64,000 nt of DNA from Planctomycetota bacterium (GTDB lineage Bacteria; Planctomycetota; B15-G4), in contig JAJDEO010000041.1 of the NCBI GenBank assembly GCA_029259745.1, forward strand, positions 19,374 to 83,373, read 5' to 3'. The translations under genes were made by a program, and so were the position numbers. Positions 39,985 to 50,078 of this stretch are shown here, piece by piece; the stretch's first letter is position 1, and every line of letters begins with the position of its first letter. A model generated the notes under the pieces. It was given only the letters and a program-made list of their open reading frames with translations, ran no database searches and was not told the DNA's origin.

Positions 39985-40026
39985 GGCGCGACGATCCGAG
40001 TGCGGCACTCGGACGTCCGACGTCGG

Positions 40027-40593
40027 TCACTCCGCGAGGCCGAGCAATGCGCGCAGGCGGGCGCGAGCGCGGGACATGCGTGAGTGGACCGTGCCCGAGG
40101 GGACGCCGAGGATCGCCGCGATCTCCGCGGGACCGAGTCCGTCGAGCGCCGACAGAGCCATGACGGTGCGTTGGTCGAGGTCGAGACGCAGCAGCGCAGC
40201 TCCGAAGCGGCGCGCAAGCTCTTCGCCCGCAAGCTGGTCGGGAACGTCGGCGGCGGAACCGCGTGTCAGGGAGCGCTCGACGCGCGCTGCATCGTCGTGA
40301 CCGCGCGCATCGCGCCTGCGGTGGGCGACGCACTTCCACGCACGCCTCAGCGCCACGCGATAAACCCACGTCGAGAGCTTCGAGCGGCCCTCGAACGACG
40401 CGAGACCGCGGTAGACGTCGACGAACGCCTCCTGCACGCAGTCGTCGAGATCGTCCCCGAGCATGCGGCGCATGAGCTGTTCGACTGGCACGCGGAAGCG
40501 CTCGAAGAGGGCGTGCTCTGCGTTGCGGCGCGTGAGGGAGTCACTGCTCTTCAGACCTTCGAGCAGCGCCGTGTCGTTCTCGGCGTCACTCAT
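40027..40593 (-). CDS. ECF RNA polymerase sigma factor
   Basis: DDCVQEAF, FEGRSKLSTWVYRVA, EIAAILGVPSGTVHSRMSRAR. Confidence 0.93.
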   Translation of the reverse strand: MSDAENDTALLEGLKSSDSLTRRNAEHALFERFRVPVEQLMRRMLGDDLDDCVQEAFVDVYRGLASFEGRSKLSTWVYRVALRRAWKCVAHRRRDARGHDDAARVERSLTRGSAADVPDQLAGEELARRFGAALLRLDLDQRTVMALSALDGLGPAEIAAILGVPSGTVHSRMSRARARLRALLGLAE

Positions 40594-41149
40594 CGTCGTC
40601 TTCGTCGCGCTCGTCTTCATCGGCGAAGAGCCTCGACTCGCGCGCCGCCCGCGGAGCGATAATGCCGAGCAGCACCGCGCACCAAGCGAACAGGACCGCG
40701 CCGGCGAGCACCCCCGGCCAGGGGCTCTTGCCGACCCACCACGCGATCAAACCCACGACGATGAAGGAAACACCGAGGAGGCCGTTGAGGAAGAATCGCG
40801 AGATGGCACGCGCAAAATGATCGTCAGCCTCGCGTTTGACGAGAACGCGGACGTCTTCGCCCGACTCCACGCCCGCGAGGCGTTCTTGGTGATTGCGAAG
40901 GGCCTTGATGCGACGCGGAAGCACGACCATCGAGAGGCCGAGCGCGACCATCCATCCGTTGCCGACGCCGAAGAACGACGCGCCCGCCGCGAAGACGATG
41001 AAGAACACGGTCCAGCAGAGCCGCCACAGGGGACGACGGAGTCGGCGTCGCACGAGAGCCTCGACAGCGCCCCAGTCGCGCTCGATCTGGAGGCGTCGTT
41101 CGACGTGGGCGTAGGCGGATTCGTAGTCGGCGAGGTCTGCGTCTTTCAT
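40586..41149 (-). CDS. Small membrane protein (about 4 TM) upstream of the ECF sigma factor
   Basis: ATG start, hydrophobic helices, 8-bp overlap with the sigma gene. Confidence 0.7.
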   Translation of the reverse strand: MKDADLADYESAYAHVERRLQIERDWGAVEALVRRRLRRPLWRLCWTVFFIVFAAGASFFGVGNGWMVALGLSMVVLPRRIKALRNHQERLAGVESGEDVRVLVKREADDHFARAISRFFLNGLLGVSFIVVGLIAWWVGKSPWPGVLAGAVLFAWCAVLLGIIAPRAARESRLFADEDERDEDDDE

Positions 41150-41405
41150 GGCAGGTGTCCTTTCAACCGATCAGAGCGCGCCGACCGACATCGCTTCCCA
41201 GAATTCACGGGATTCCGATGGCACGGGCGATCGACTGCGCCTCGGCGATGCCCATGAGTGTGTCATCACTCCCGGAGATGTGGTGGTTCCAACGGCCGTC
41301 CCACGCCGCGCCCACCGCACTGCTGGCCGACCAGGTTGCATCGAGGCGCCTCGAACTCGACTTGGTGGCTACGATGGCCGACACTTCTCGAACGGGCTGA
41401 TCGTC

Positions 41406-42830
41406 ATGAACACGCGCTCCTTGGTCGCAGCTGGACTCATCGTGTTGGCGGTCGTCGCATGCGACGCGGCGCCCACGCAACCCGTTGGCGCTTCGGCTCC
41501 GCTCGATGCCGACGTCACGGCCGCGATCCAGGACATCGGACATCAGTTCGTCGACGACGAAGGTCTCGTCGGCCTGGCGATCGGCGTCGTCCGCGACGGT
41601 CGGATCGTCTTCAGCGAAGGCTTCGGCCACGCCGACGCACTCCGTTCACGTACCGTCGACGACGACACGATCTTCGACATCGCCTCGGTCGGAAAGCAGT
41701 TCACGGCCGCGGCGATCCTGAAGCTCGTTGAGCGCGGCCTCGTCACACTCGATCAACGCGTCCGCACCGTCGTCCCCGAACTGCCGGACCACTTTCCCGA
41801 CGCAACCATCGACCAGCTCCTCCGCCACACGTCGGGTTTCGTAGGAGCATCGCTCAACGAGGCCGATCCGCCCGACGACCACACACGCCCGCGCTACGGG
41901 ATCGACCTTCTCACCGACATCGAGTTGCAGGGTGGCGACACGCGTTTCGCCGAGCAGGAAACTTGGGTGTACTGCAATCCGGGCTATCTCGTGTTGGGGC
42001 TCGTCGTCGAACGCGCATCCGGAATCAGGTACGACGACTTCGTCCGTGACGAGCTGCTCGTACCCAACGGGCTCGTCGACATGACGGTCTGCGAGCGCGC
42101 TGCGGCGCCGCGGATGTCGGACGGACTGCGGCGCACTGTCGATGGTGTCGCACCGGTGCCGTTCATCGACATGACGGCGTACAGTGGCCAGGGCTCGATC
42201 TGCAGCAGCGTCACCGATCTCTTGCGCTGGTCGCGCGCGCTCGAGGAGGGCCGCGTCATCACGCTCGAGTCACTGGCACAGATGCGTACGCCGAGCACCG
42301 TGATCGGCACGACATCGCAACGCACGATTCCCTACGGCATGGCTCAGCGGATCGGCGCGATCGGCGCGTATCGAAAGGTCGGCCACACGGGGACTTACGA
42401 TGGCGGCAGCGCAGCGCTCGCGTCGTACCCGGCGGCGAAGCTCGAGATCGCTGTGATCTCCAACACCCGGGGGGCGGGCACGCCGCACGCCCACGAGATC
42501 GAAACGCGCATCGCCAAGCTCCTCCTCGGTCATGACGACCCCGACGTCGCCAGCCTTCGTCGCCCCGTCTCCGCCGAACAGCAACTCGCCATCGAAGGCA
42601 CGTACGTCGGGGAGGACACATTCGAGGCTCTGATCGAGGACGATGACCTCGTCGTACTTCGCGACGGCAAGCGCATCGAACGCCTCGTGCACATCGGCGA
42701 CATGCACTTCCGCGACCCGGCGTCCCCCGATGTGTTCGAGTGGTTTCCGATGGACGGAGATCGCGCCGGCTGGTGGGTGTACAGCATGAGCGGCAACATC
42801 ATCGAAGTACTTCGCCGCGCGTCACGCTGA
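41406..42830 (+). CDS. Serine hydrolase, beta-lactamase class C/PBP-like lipoprotein
   Basis: Lipobox VAC; SVGK (SxxK), YCN (YxN), HTG. Confidence 0.9.
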   Translation: MNTRSLVAAGLIVLAVVACDAAPTQPVGASAPLDADVTAAIQDIGHQFVDDEGLVGLAIGVVRDGRIVFSEGFGHADALRSRTVDDDTIFDIASVGKQFTAAAILKLVERGLVTLDQRVRTVVPELPDHFPDATIDQLLRHTSGFVGASLNEADPPDDHTRPRYGIDLLTDIELQGGDTRFAEQETWVYCNPGYLVLGLVVERASGIRYDDFVRDELLVPNGLVDMTVCERAAAPRMSDGLRRTVDGVAPVPFIDMTAYSGQGSICSSVTDLLRWSRALEEGRVITLESLAQMRTPSTVIGTTSQRTIPYGMAQRIGAIGAYRKVGHTGTYDGGSAALASYPAAKLEIAVISNTRGAGTPHAHEIETRIAKLLLGHDDPDVASLRRPVSAEQQLAIEGTYVGEDTFEALIEDDDLVVLRDGKRIERLVHIGDMHFRDPASPDVFEWFPMDGDRAGWWVYSMSGNIIEVLRRASR

Positions 42831-43066
42831 CGACTTCTCAGCGCGTACGAGGCCCACGAGCGCCGACGATCACAGGACGGTCTTCGACTGCATTGCAGTG
42901 GAAGCCGCGACATGCTCTGCACCATCCCAACCTCCGTGTGACGATCGAACGCGAGCCGATGCGACGACGCCTGCCTTGACGGCGTCGCGCTCGGCGTCAC
43001 ATGGCGTGCATCGGAGGGCTGCGCGGGCCGGCGTCGAACGTCGTTCGCGTGCCGCCGGCCACCGCT

Positions 43067-44653
43067 TCAGCGCGTCCGTGCGAGAAGCCGGACCTGCTCG
43101 AGTTCGACCGTCGCGCTCGGCGGGCACTCGATCGCGAGCGCCCAGGGCGCGGCGGTGTCGGCGACGCCGTGCAAGCTGTGCACGACAGTTCCATCGACGT
43201 GCACGACACGCCGATCACCGATGCAGAGCACGTGGACATCGTGGAACTCACCGTCGGCAAGCACCGCTCCGAGGTCGGCCACCCAGTGCCCGTCCGCGTG
43301 CCTCCAGACTTCCGCGGCGCCGTCAGTCAGTCGAGCGATCACGCTGCCGACTCCCTGGCCGGGCGCGACCGTCACGATGCGCGCGCCTCGGGGTGCGCGC
43401 AGCCGCAGGTGCAGACCAATGTCATACGCCGGCGTCACGGCCGTCAGCGACCGTTCGCGCGACGCCGAGGCCTCACCGCTCGCCGACAACACGAGCAACG
43501 GGTCACGCGTCTCGACGGTGAGCCGCCCGCCGACGCTCCACTCGTCGGCCGACATCGCGCGCCACGTGTGCTCACCGAGGTCACGCAAGCGTGGGCGACG
43601 CCAACGCACGGCCGTGTTGTTGCCCGAGTGGACCTGGAAGCCGATGTGGCCGACGAGGTCGAGCGGGTCGAGCACGTTCGCCGTCGGCACGTCGTTGACC
43701 CAGACGCGATAGCGCGGGCCGACACACTCGATCCGGTAGCGGTTCCAGCCCGCAAGGTCGAACGCCGCGCGTCCGGCCTCGTTGGCGGCGAGGCTCTGGC
43801 GCCAACCGCGTCGGCCTTCGTCGTAGAACCCGCCCGACCAGCGGCGATCGGTGCGCGGGTCGATCTCGATCTGCGGCCCGAAGAGACGTCCGTCATCGCG
43901 AATCGTGCTGCGGATCTGGATGCCGGAGTTGCCGGCGTCGTCGAGACGCACGTCGACGTCGAGGATGAAGTCGCCGTAACGCTGATGGGTCGTGAGGAAG
44001 CTCTGCGCGCCGCCACCGACGACGCCGCGCAGCACGTCACCTTCGATGGTGTAGATCGCGTCGCCGAGCGCACGCCAGGCTTCGCCGTCGATGGGATCGT
44101 CGGTCATGGCGATGACCGGACCGTCGAGCGAACGGATCGCGACGCCGTGCAGCCAGGTCGGTTCGCCCCCGGAAAGGAGCCCGAGGCGTTGCCCGTTCGT
44201 GAGCGACGGCAGGCTCCAGTGCGCGAAGGCCGGGAGGCTGCGCGCCTGTGCGAACCCGGGATCGCTGAGCGTGCCGTGAAAGACCGGCTTCAGGCCGTCG
44301 ATGAGCGTGACCGTGGGGCCTTCGATACGCATCACGGCTCGCTCGGCGCGCCGCCCGTCACGGCTCCAGAAGCAGTGCACTTCGACGTCGCCCAGGGTTT
44401 CGGCCGTTTGCAATGCCAGCGCGGCCATGCCGTCGTTCGTGCCCGCCGCACGGCGCAGGACACCCGCGTCGACGAACCACGTGTTGGGCTGCTTGACGAT
44501 CCAGGTCGGTTCGTGCCAGCCGGCGCTGCGATCGAGGGCATCGATGCGCTGCTTGGTGTCGGCGAAGGGCACGCCGACGAGCGCGCCATCATCCTGCGCG
44601 AGCGCCGCGCCGGACAGAACCGACGCCACACCCAACGCGTTCACCCAGCGCAT
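43067..44653 (-). CDS. DUF1080 (3-keto-disaccharide hydrolase-like) domain protein
   Basis: YGDFIL, GNSGIQIRS, WNRYRIEC, GHIGFQVH; signal peptide; alternative start at 44680. Confidence 0.85.
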   Translation of the reverse strand: MRWVNALGVASVLSGAALAQDDGALVGVPFADTKQRIDALDRSAGWHEPTWIVKQPNTWFVDAGVLRRAAGTNDGMAALALQTAETLGDVEVHCFWSRDGRRAERAVMRIEGPTVTLIDGLKPVFHGTLSDPGFAQARSLPAFAHWSLPSLTNGQRLGLLSGGEPTWLHGVAIRSLDGPVIAMTDDPIDGEAWRALGDAIYTIEGDVLRGVVGGGAQSFLTTHQRYGDFILDVDVRLDDAGNSGIQIRSTIRDDGRLFGPQIEIDPRTDRRWSGGFYDEGRRGWRQSLAANEAGRAAFDLAGWNRYRIECVGPRYRVWVNDVPTANVLDPLDLVGHIGFQVHSGNNTAVRWRRPRLRDLGEHTWRAMSADEWSVGGRLTVETRDPLLVLSASGEASASRERSLTAVTPAYDIGLHLRLRAPRGARIVTVAPGQGVGSVIARLTDGAAEVWRHADGHWVADLGAVLADGEFHDVHVLCIGDRRVVHVDGTVVHSLHGVADTAAPWALAIECPPSATVELEQVRLLARTR

Positions 44654-44838
44654 CCACCGCCGGCCACTTCGAACCACCATGTTCCGCTCCGACGCCTCGC
44701 CCCCGCCGAGACTGCGGGCATCGTCGCCAATCGGCGCATCTCATTCCACGGCGGACCCGCTTCGCGATGATCGGAACGGCGCGCTCACCGCGGACATCGC
44801 ACCACCCAAGCCCCTGAACGCATGGTGTGCACGCCTGC

Positions 44839-46059
44839 ATGACGAACGCCGCGCCCGTCGCGCGCCCTGTGCGATGGAAGCTCACCCTTCCTCCCTCGCC
44901 CGCGGCACGGCATCCTGCACACGCCCCGCCCCGGACCGCCGCCTTGCCGTCTCCCGACGCCTTCAGCCCGACGAAGCACCACCGGCCCGCGCTCGACGGG
45001 CTGCGGGCGATCGCCGTGTTGCTCGTCATGTGGACCCACGTGCCGGCCGCGGCGCTCGGCGGCCCCGAGCCCTGGCTGCGCGCGGCCGTCAAGCCCGGCT
45101 ACCTCGGCGTCGACATCTTCTTCGTCCTGTCGGGCTTCCTCATCACGCGCATCCTGCTGGCCGACAAGCTCGCCGGCGTGCCCGTGCGCTGGTTCCTGCT
45201 GCGCCGCCTCGTGCGCATCTTCCCGATCTACTACATCACGCTCGCCGTGATCTGGGCCATCGACCCGACGCGTCCCGAGCTGCCCTGGGCCGCGCTCTAT
45301 CTCAGCAATGTCTACTTCCCGTTCCACGGCGGCGAGAGTCCGCTGAGACACACCTGGTCGCTGGCCGTCGAGGAGCACTTCTACATGCTCTGGCCCTGGG
45401 TCGTGTACGGACTCAGCGTCGCGCGGTCGCGCCTCGTGGCGCTTGGAGTGCTCGTGCCGTTCGCGCTGTTTGCCTCCTTCGCGTGGGTGATCTGGAACGC
45501 GACCCCGCAGTTCGCGGAGCTGATCGCGCAGGCCAAGCGCGACGGGCTCATCGCCGATCACAATCCCAAGCGCCTCGTCTACACGTTCACGGCGTTCCGG
45601 ATGCTCTCGCTCGCCGTCGGCGCCCTGTTCGCCTACCACGAGCGCGCCATCGACCGACGTCCGGCCCGCGCCGCCTGGCTCGCGGCCGCCGCGCTCGTGG
45701 CCGGTGAGGTCGGGATCCACGTCGTCATCCCCGCGGCCGCTCCGCTCTGGTGGCCGCCGCTGCGACTCATCTCGTTTCACCTCGTCTCGGCCGGCACCGT
45801 GCTCGGCGTCATCGCGATCGGTGATCTCGCGCGCAGTCCGCTCGCTGTTCTGCGCACCGGCGTGCTGCGCGCGATCGGACGCATCAGCTACGCGCTCTAC
45901 CTCTTCCACCTGCCGATCTTCACGTGGCTCGCCCACGGTGAGGGTGCCACGCCCCGACGCGCGGCGCTCGCGATCGCGGTCTCGTTCGCCGCTGCCGGGG
46001 TCTCCTACGTCGTGATCGAGAAACCCATGCTGCGCTGGGCAGGACGCTTCCGAGGCTGA
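44839..46059 (+). CDS. Acyltransferase family 3 (OafA/YrhL-like)
   Basis: LDGLRAIAV, GVDIFFVLSGFLIT, HTWSLAVEEHFY, GRISYALYLFH; start uncertain. Confidence 0.92.
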   Translation: MTNAAPVARPVRWKLTLPPSPAARHPAHAPPRTAALPSPDAFSPTKHHRPALDGLRAIAVLLVMWTHVPAAALGGPEPWLRAAVKPGYLGVDIFFVLSGFLITRILLADKLAGVPVRWFLLRRLVRIFPIYYITLAVIWAIDPTRPELPWAALYLSNVYFPFHGGESPLRHTWSLAVEEHFYMLWPWVVYGLSVARSRLVALGVLVPFALFASFAWVIWNATPQFAELIAQAKRDGLIADHNPKRLVYTFTAFRMLSLAVGALFAYHERAIDRRPARAAWLAAAALVAGEVGIHVVIPAAAPLWWPPLRLISFHLVSAGTVLGVIAIGDLARSPLAVLRTGVLRAIGRISYALYLFHLPIFTWLAHGEGATPRRAALAIAVSFAAAGVSYVVIEKPMLRWAGRFRG

Positions 46060-46138
46060 GATTCTCGTCGGTTGGCTCAACAGCCATCTGCGGGATGTCG
46101 ATGGATCGAGAGGTCGTTCCCCTCTCCTCGAGCCCCTC

Positions 46139-47236
46139 ATGCCGCGCCTCTCCTCCCTCGTCACGCGGGCCGCCGTCGCCCTCGCTCTTCTGGGCGGCGC
46201 GCTGAGCGCTCAGGACCTCGTCGGCGAGATGACGCGTGTGCTCGGTTCGCTCGAGGGCGTGACGTATCGCGTCGTCTCGGAGGTTTCCGAGGGTGGCGAG
46301 GAGTTCTGGCCGGCAGTCGACGCGCTCGTCGCTGTGCAGCGCACGCCCAAGGGCATCGCCATGCACGTCGAGGGTTCCTGGCAGGACGGCACGACGACGC
46401 GCCGCTTCCGCTGCGACGATGACGGCTTCACGATGACGTGGGTCGACGCCGACATCAACGCGCACCACACCACGCAGAATCTCGCGACGCGCCAGAAAGC
46501 ATGGAGCCGCGCGCCCCTCGTCCAAGCGATCGAACCGCTGTTTGCGAGCCCACCGACCGTCGAGCAGCTCGTCGGCAAGGGGACCTCGCGCACGACGACA
46601 ACCGTCGGCCTCGACGGCGTCGAGACGCGCGGCCTCGTCATCACGCCGCGCGGCGATCCCGCGGTGGCGAAGTACGAACTCGCCGTCGGAGCGCACGACC
46701 GTCTCCCGCGTCTCATCGAGCGCACGCTCGTCGGCGTTCAGAAGCCTGACGGAAGCACATGGCGCGGGACAGTCACGCGACGCTTCACGTCGGTCGTCCC
46801 GCGACGTGCTCGTCTCCCGGAGGCTGCGTTGCGCAACGCCCAGGGTCAGACCGTCTCCACAACGGAGCTGACCGGCCAACCGACGCTCGTCGTCTTCTGG
46901 GCGACGTGGTGCCACGCGTGTCATGAGGTCCTGCCGCTGGTCGCCGACCTCGGCACGCGTCATGGCGCCCGGCTCGTCGCCATCCACGCTCATGACGAAG
47001 CGCGTCGCAGCGATGCGCGCAAGGCACTCACTGCGCTCAGCCGCGACTACGAACTGCGTACCGATGGAACCGCACTCGCAACGCAGCTCGGCGTGACGTC
47101 GCTTCCGACGATCCTGCTCCTCGATGGTGACGGTCGACTTGTCTCGACGAGTGTCGGGCTCGACACGGCGTCCCATTCTCGACTCAGCCGTGCTCTACAG
47201 TTGGTGAATCAAATACCGAGCTTGCCGTCACGCTGA
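46139..47236 (+). CDS. Secreted TlpA/redoxin family thioredoxin with N-terminal extra domain
   Basis: VVFWATWCHAC, LPTILLLD; signal peptide. Confidence 0.8.
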   Translation: MPRLSSLVTRAAVALALLGGALSAQDLVGEMTRVLGSLEGVTYRVVSEVSEGGEEFWPAVDALVAVQRTPKGIAMHVEGSWQDGTTTRRFRCDDDGFTMTWVDADINAHHTTQNLATRQKAWSRAPLVQAIEPLFASPPTVEQLVGKGTSRTTTTVGLDGVETRGLVITPRGDPAVAKYELAVGAHDRLPRLIERTLVGVQKPDGSTWRGTVTRRFTSVVPRRARLPEAALRNAQGQTVSTTELTGQPTLVVFWATWCHACHEVLPLVADLGTRHGARLVAIHAHDEARRSDARKALTALSRDYELRTDGTALATQLGVTSLPTILLLDGDGRLVSTSVGLDTASHSRLSRALQLVNQIPSLPSR

Positions 47237-47496
47237 TTCGCCAGACGCGCGCATCCGAGCGCGGCTGTGCCACTGCCCGCGAGAAGGCATGAATCCACTG
47301 ATTCTATGGCGTTCTCCGCATCGAGCAGCTCTCCGGATGGGTCCACCCGCAGTCGCTTTCCCGCGTCATCCGGCGGTTTCTTCGAAACAATTGAGACCCG
47401 TTGGAGACATCGACATCGAAAGGGTATCCGCGGCGTCTGGTGATGGAACCAGGCGCTCGGTCGAATGCCCACGAGTCCCAACCACTCCTCCTCGCG

Positions 47497-48279
47497 ATGC
47501 ACCCCATGAGCTCGCTCGATACGCTGCTGACCGAACTCGACGGTCGCCTCCTTCCCGAATCGCTTCTCGCCTCGCTGGCCGAGTCGATGAACCATGTCAT
47601 TCCCTTCGACCTGATGGGCGTGGCCGCACTCGATCCCGACGGCCAGACATTCGAAGTCGTCGGCGCCACCGATGCCGCGGGTCGGCCGCAGGTCGGCGCG
47701 CGCTTTGCCTTCGCCGGCACGGTCGGCGGCTGGGTCGCCTCGAACCGGCGCGCGTTCGTCGGCACGAGCCGCGAACAAGTCCGCACCTTCCCCGCAACCT
47801 ATGCCGACTTCCAAGACAAGCAGCTCGAGTCGAACTGTGTCCTCCCACTGAAGCTCGCGCAGGGCACTGGCGTCATCTACTTCGTCTCGTCGCGGACCGG
47901 CGCCTACTCGCCCGCGCGGGTCGAAGAGTACGAGCAGCTCGCTGAAGCCCTCACGCCAGCCATCGATGCGGCCGTGTCGTATCTGAACCGCTCGCGTGGA
48001 AACAAGGACGAGACGCTCACGCGGGCCGACGGCGAGTTGAATCTCGACGGCGTCCAGCGCCGGCACATCACGCGCGTGCTCGAGATGACCAGTTGGGTGA
48101 TCGAGGGCCCGTACGGGGCCGCCGCCGCACTCGGCCTCGCGCCCAGCACGCTGCGACATCGCATGCGCAAGTTGGGTGTCGCGCGCCCGACCGGTGCGCA
48201 GAAAAACGGTTCGAACGGTCACGTCGGCGGCGGTGAACCTGTCGTTCAGATGGCGACGAATGGCGGATCGGCTCGGTGA
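47497..48279 (+). CDS. GAF domain fused to Fis-type HTH (FhlA-like, no AAA+ domain)
   Basis: GAF-like core, then QRRHITRVLEMTSWVIEGPYGAAAALGLAPSTLRHRMRKLG. Confidence 0.8.
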   Translation: MHPMSSLDTLLTELDGRLLPESLLASLAESMNHVIPFDLMGVAALDPDGQTFEVVGATDAAGRPQVGARFAFAGTVGGWVASNRRAFVGTSREQVRTFPATYADFQDKQLESNCVLPLKLAQGTGVIYFVSSRTGAYSPARVEEYEQLAEALTPAIDAAVSYLNRSRGNKDETLTRADGELNLDGVQRRHITRVLEMTSWVIEGPYGAAAALGLAPSTLRHRMRKLGVARPTGAQKNGSNGHVGGGEPVVQMATNGGSAR

Positions 48280-48288
48280 TCGCTCGCC

Positions 48289-49047
48289 TCAGGGTGCTGC
48301 CGGCGTGAATCCGGTGGGCTCGGCGGAGAGAACGAGCCATTCACCCATCATCGCGACATCGCCTGTCACGATCAGACTTTCGCCGACGAAGTCCAGCACC
48401 TCGGCGTTCACCGTCCGGCCGTCGCTGCCGACGAGCAGGTAGACGTCGGCGTCGTCGCCGTTGGTCACGACGAAGAGCGGCGGGATCCCGCCGGCGATGC
48501 AGTTGATCGCGCAGGCGCGATGGGTCTTCAGGCGAGCGGGCTTCATCACGCCGAGCCAGCACTTGCTGTCGACGATCTCACCGACGAGGCGTCGGCTGCC
48601 GAGCAACCTCCGCGCAGGTTCGGCGCGGCTCGACGGCGTGCCGTCGAGGATTTCCACGCCGCCGTCTGCCACCTCGATCAGCGTCACGGCGCCGTTGTAG
48701 ACGAGCGTCCCGTCGATGCGCGCGCGCTGACCTTCACGCCCGTCGACAAGGTCATCCGCGCCGTGCTTGCCGAGCTTTACGAGCAGGTAAGACGACACGC
48801 TGGCGCCCTCGCTCGACGGCCGCGTGACCTCGAGCATCGGCACGGGATCGCTGCGCAGCACGCCCTCGAACGTCTTGACCTCGAGGAACTCGAAGACCGC
48901 GTCGTTGAAGGGGTCTTGCTCGGCCGTCAACCCCGCAGCCAGGGCCACGGCAACGACGATGAGAGCCACGGCGACGCGTCGCATCGTGCCACCCACCGAA
49001 ACCGGCGCGCGGTCTTGGTAGCCGACGTAGAAGTCGTCCTTCGTCAT
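48289..49047 (-). CDS. Hypothetical membrane-anchored protein with Cys/His motif
   Basis: DDFYVGY, one TM segment, GEIVDSKCWLGVMKP...HRACAINCIAGGIPP. Confidence 0.8.
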   Translation of the reverse strand: MTKDDFYVGYQDRAPVSVGGTMRRVAVALIVVAVALAAGLTAEQDPFNDAVFEFLEVKTFEGVLRSDPVPMLEVTRPSSEGASVSSYLLVKLGKHGADDLVDGREGQRARIDGTLVYNGAVTLIEVADGGVEILDGTPSSRAEPARRLLGSRRLVGEIVDSKCWLGVMKPARLKTHRACAINCIAGGIPPLFVVTNGDDADVYLLVGSDGRTVNAEVLDFVGESLIVTGDVAMMGEWLVLSAEPTGFTPAAP

Positions 49048-50078
49048 GCCTCGCCTCCGTGATGAGCATCCCTGGCCGGCCGCGGCTTGGCGTCGATCCA
49101 GACGCGCCCGTCACGCAGCTCGACCGCGAACGTGGGCACCGACTCGGTGAAGGGCGCGGGTGAGACGCCGGTCGTGCGCTCGTACTCGTAGCCGTGCCAC
49201 GGGCAGGTGACGCAGTCGCCGATGAGACGTCCCTCGCCGAGCGGGCCGTTCTGATGCTGGCACGCGTTCGACAAGGCAAAGACCTCGTCGCCGTCGCGAA
49301 AGATCGCGACCCGCTCACCGCTGAGACAGGCAACGTGCCCGTGCCCATCGATCGGAAGTTCGTCGAGTGCGATGACGTCGACGAACCCGTCGCGTGGTGC
49401 AGCCAGACTTCGATCGCGACGCCCCGTCTCGCGCAGCCCCGCGAAGAGGTGCAGCGCCGCGAGGCCGGCGAAACCGACCACCACGAAGCCGCTCAGCAGT
49501 GGACTCGACTCGGCCTGCAGGGCGCCCAGCGCCACGTGCATGACGAGCGCTGCGTAGGCCACGTAGACGAGCATGTGCAGCGCCTTCCACGTCGGCGCCG
49601 AGAGGTTCGCGAGCCAGAAGTCGTGACTCGTCGCGGCCATGAACGCGAGAATCACGAGCGCGAAGAAACCGAGCGTCTGGAACGGGAAGCGCATCAGATC
49701 GTCGTAGTGAGTGTTCGACGCAAAGAGACTCACGATCGGATTGAGGTCGCCCTGTGTGTGGTACATGAGCATCGACAGAGCGCCGTGCACGAGCGCCATG
49801 GAGAACATCGCCACGCCCATGTGCCGGCGGTTGTAGAGCAGCGGAAGCAGGCGCGGTGCGAGGCGACACGCCGGGCCGATGGCGAGGATGACGTGGAGCA
49901 GCACGAACGCGCCGGACCCGAAGCCGCGGATCATGAGTACCTCGGCGCTCGCTTCGGGGTGCGTCGTCAGGCCGATCGCGATGAAGACGGCGAGATAGAG
50001 CACGATGCCCGTGACGAGCGCGGTGTCGTAGAGGCGCTTCTGACGATTCCAACCGACCGCGCGGTAGTTCAGGCTCAT
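49044..50078 (-). CDS. Ferric-reductase-like (MsrQ-type) TM domain fused to C-terminal Rieske domain
   Basis: LLYNRRHMGV, AATSHD, WKALHMLVY...MH; CQH...CPWHG. Confidence 0.88.
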   Translation of the reverse strand: MSLNYRAVGWNRQKRLYDTALVTGIVLYLAVFIAIGLTTHPEASAEVLMIRGFGSGAFVLLHVILAIGPACRLAPRLLPLLYNRRHMGVAMFSMALVHGALSMLMYHTQGDLNPIVSLFASNTHYDDLMRFPFQTLGFFALVILAFMAATSHDFWLANLSAPTWKALHMLVYVAYAALVMHVALGALQAESSPLLSGFVVVGFAGLAALHLFAGLRETGRRDRSLAAPRDGFVDVIALDELPIDGHGHVACLSGERVAIFRDGDEVFALSNACQHQNGPLGEGRLIGDCVTCPWHGYEYERTTGVSPAPFTESVPTFAVELRDGRVWIDAKPRPARDAHHGGEA

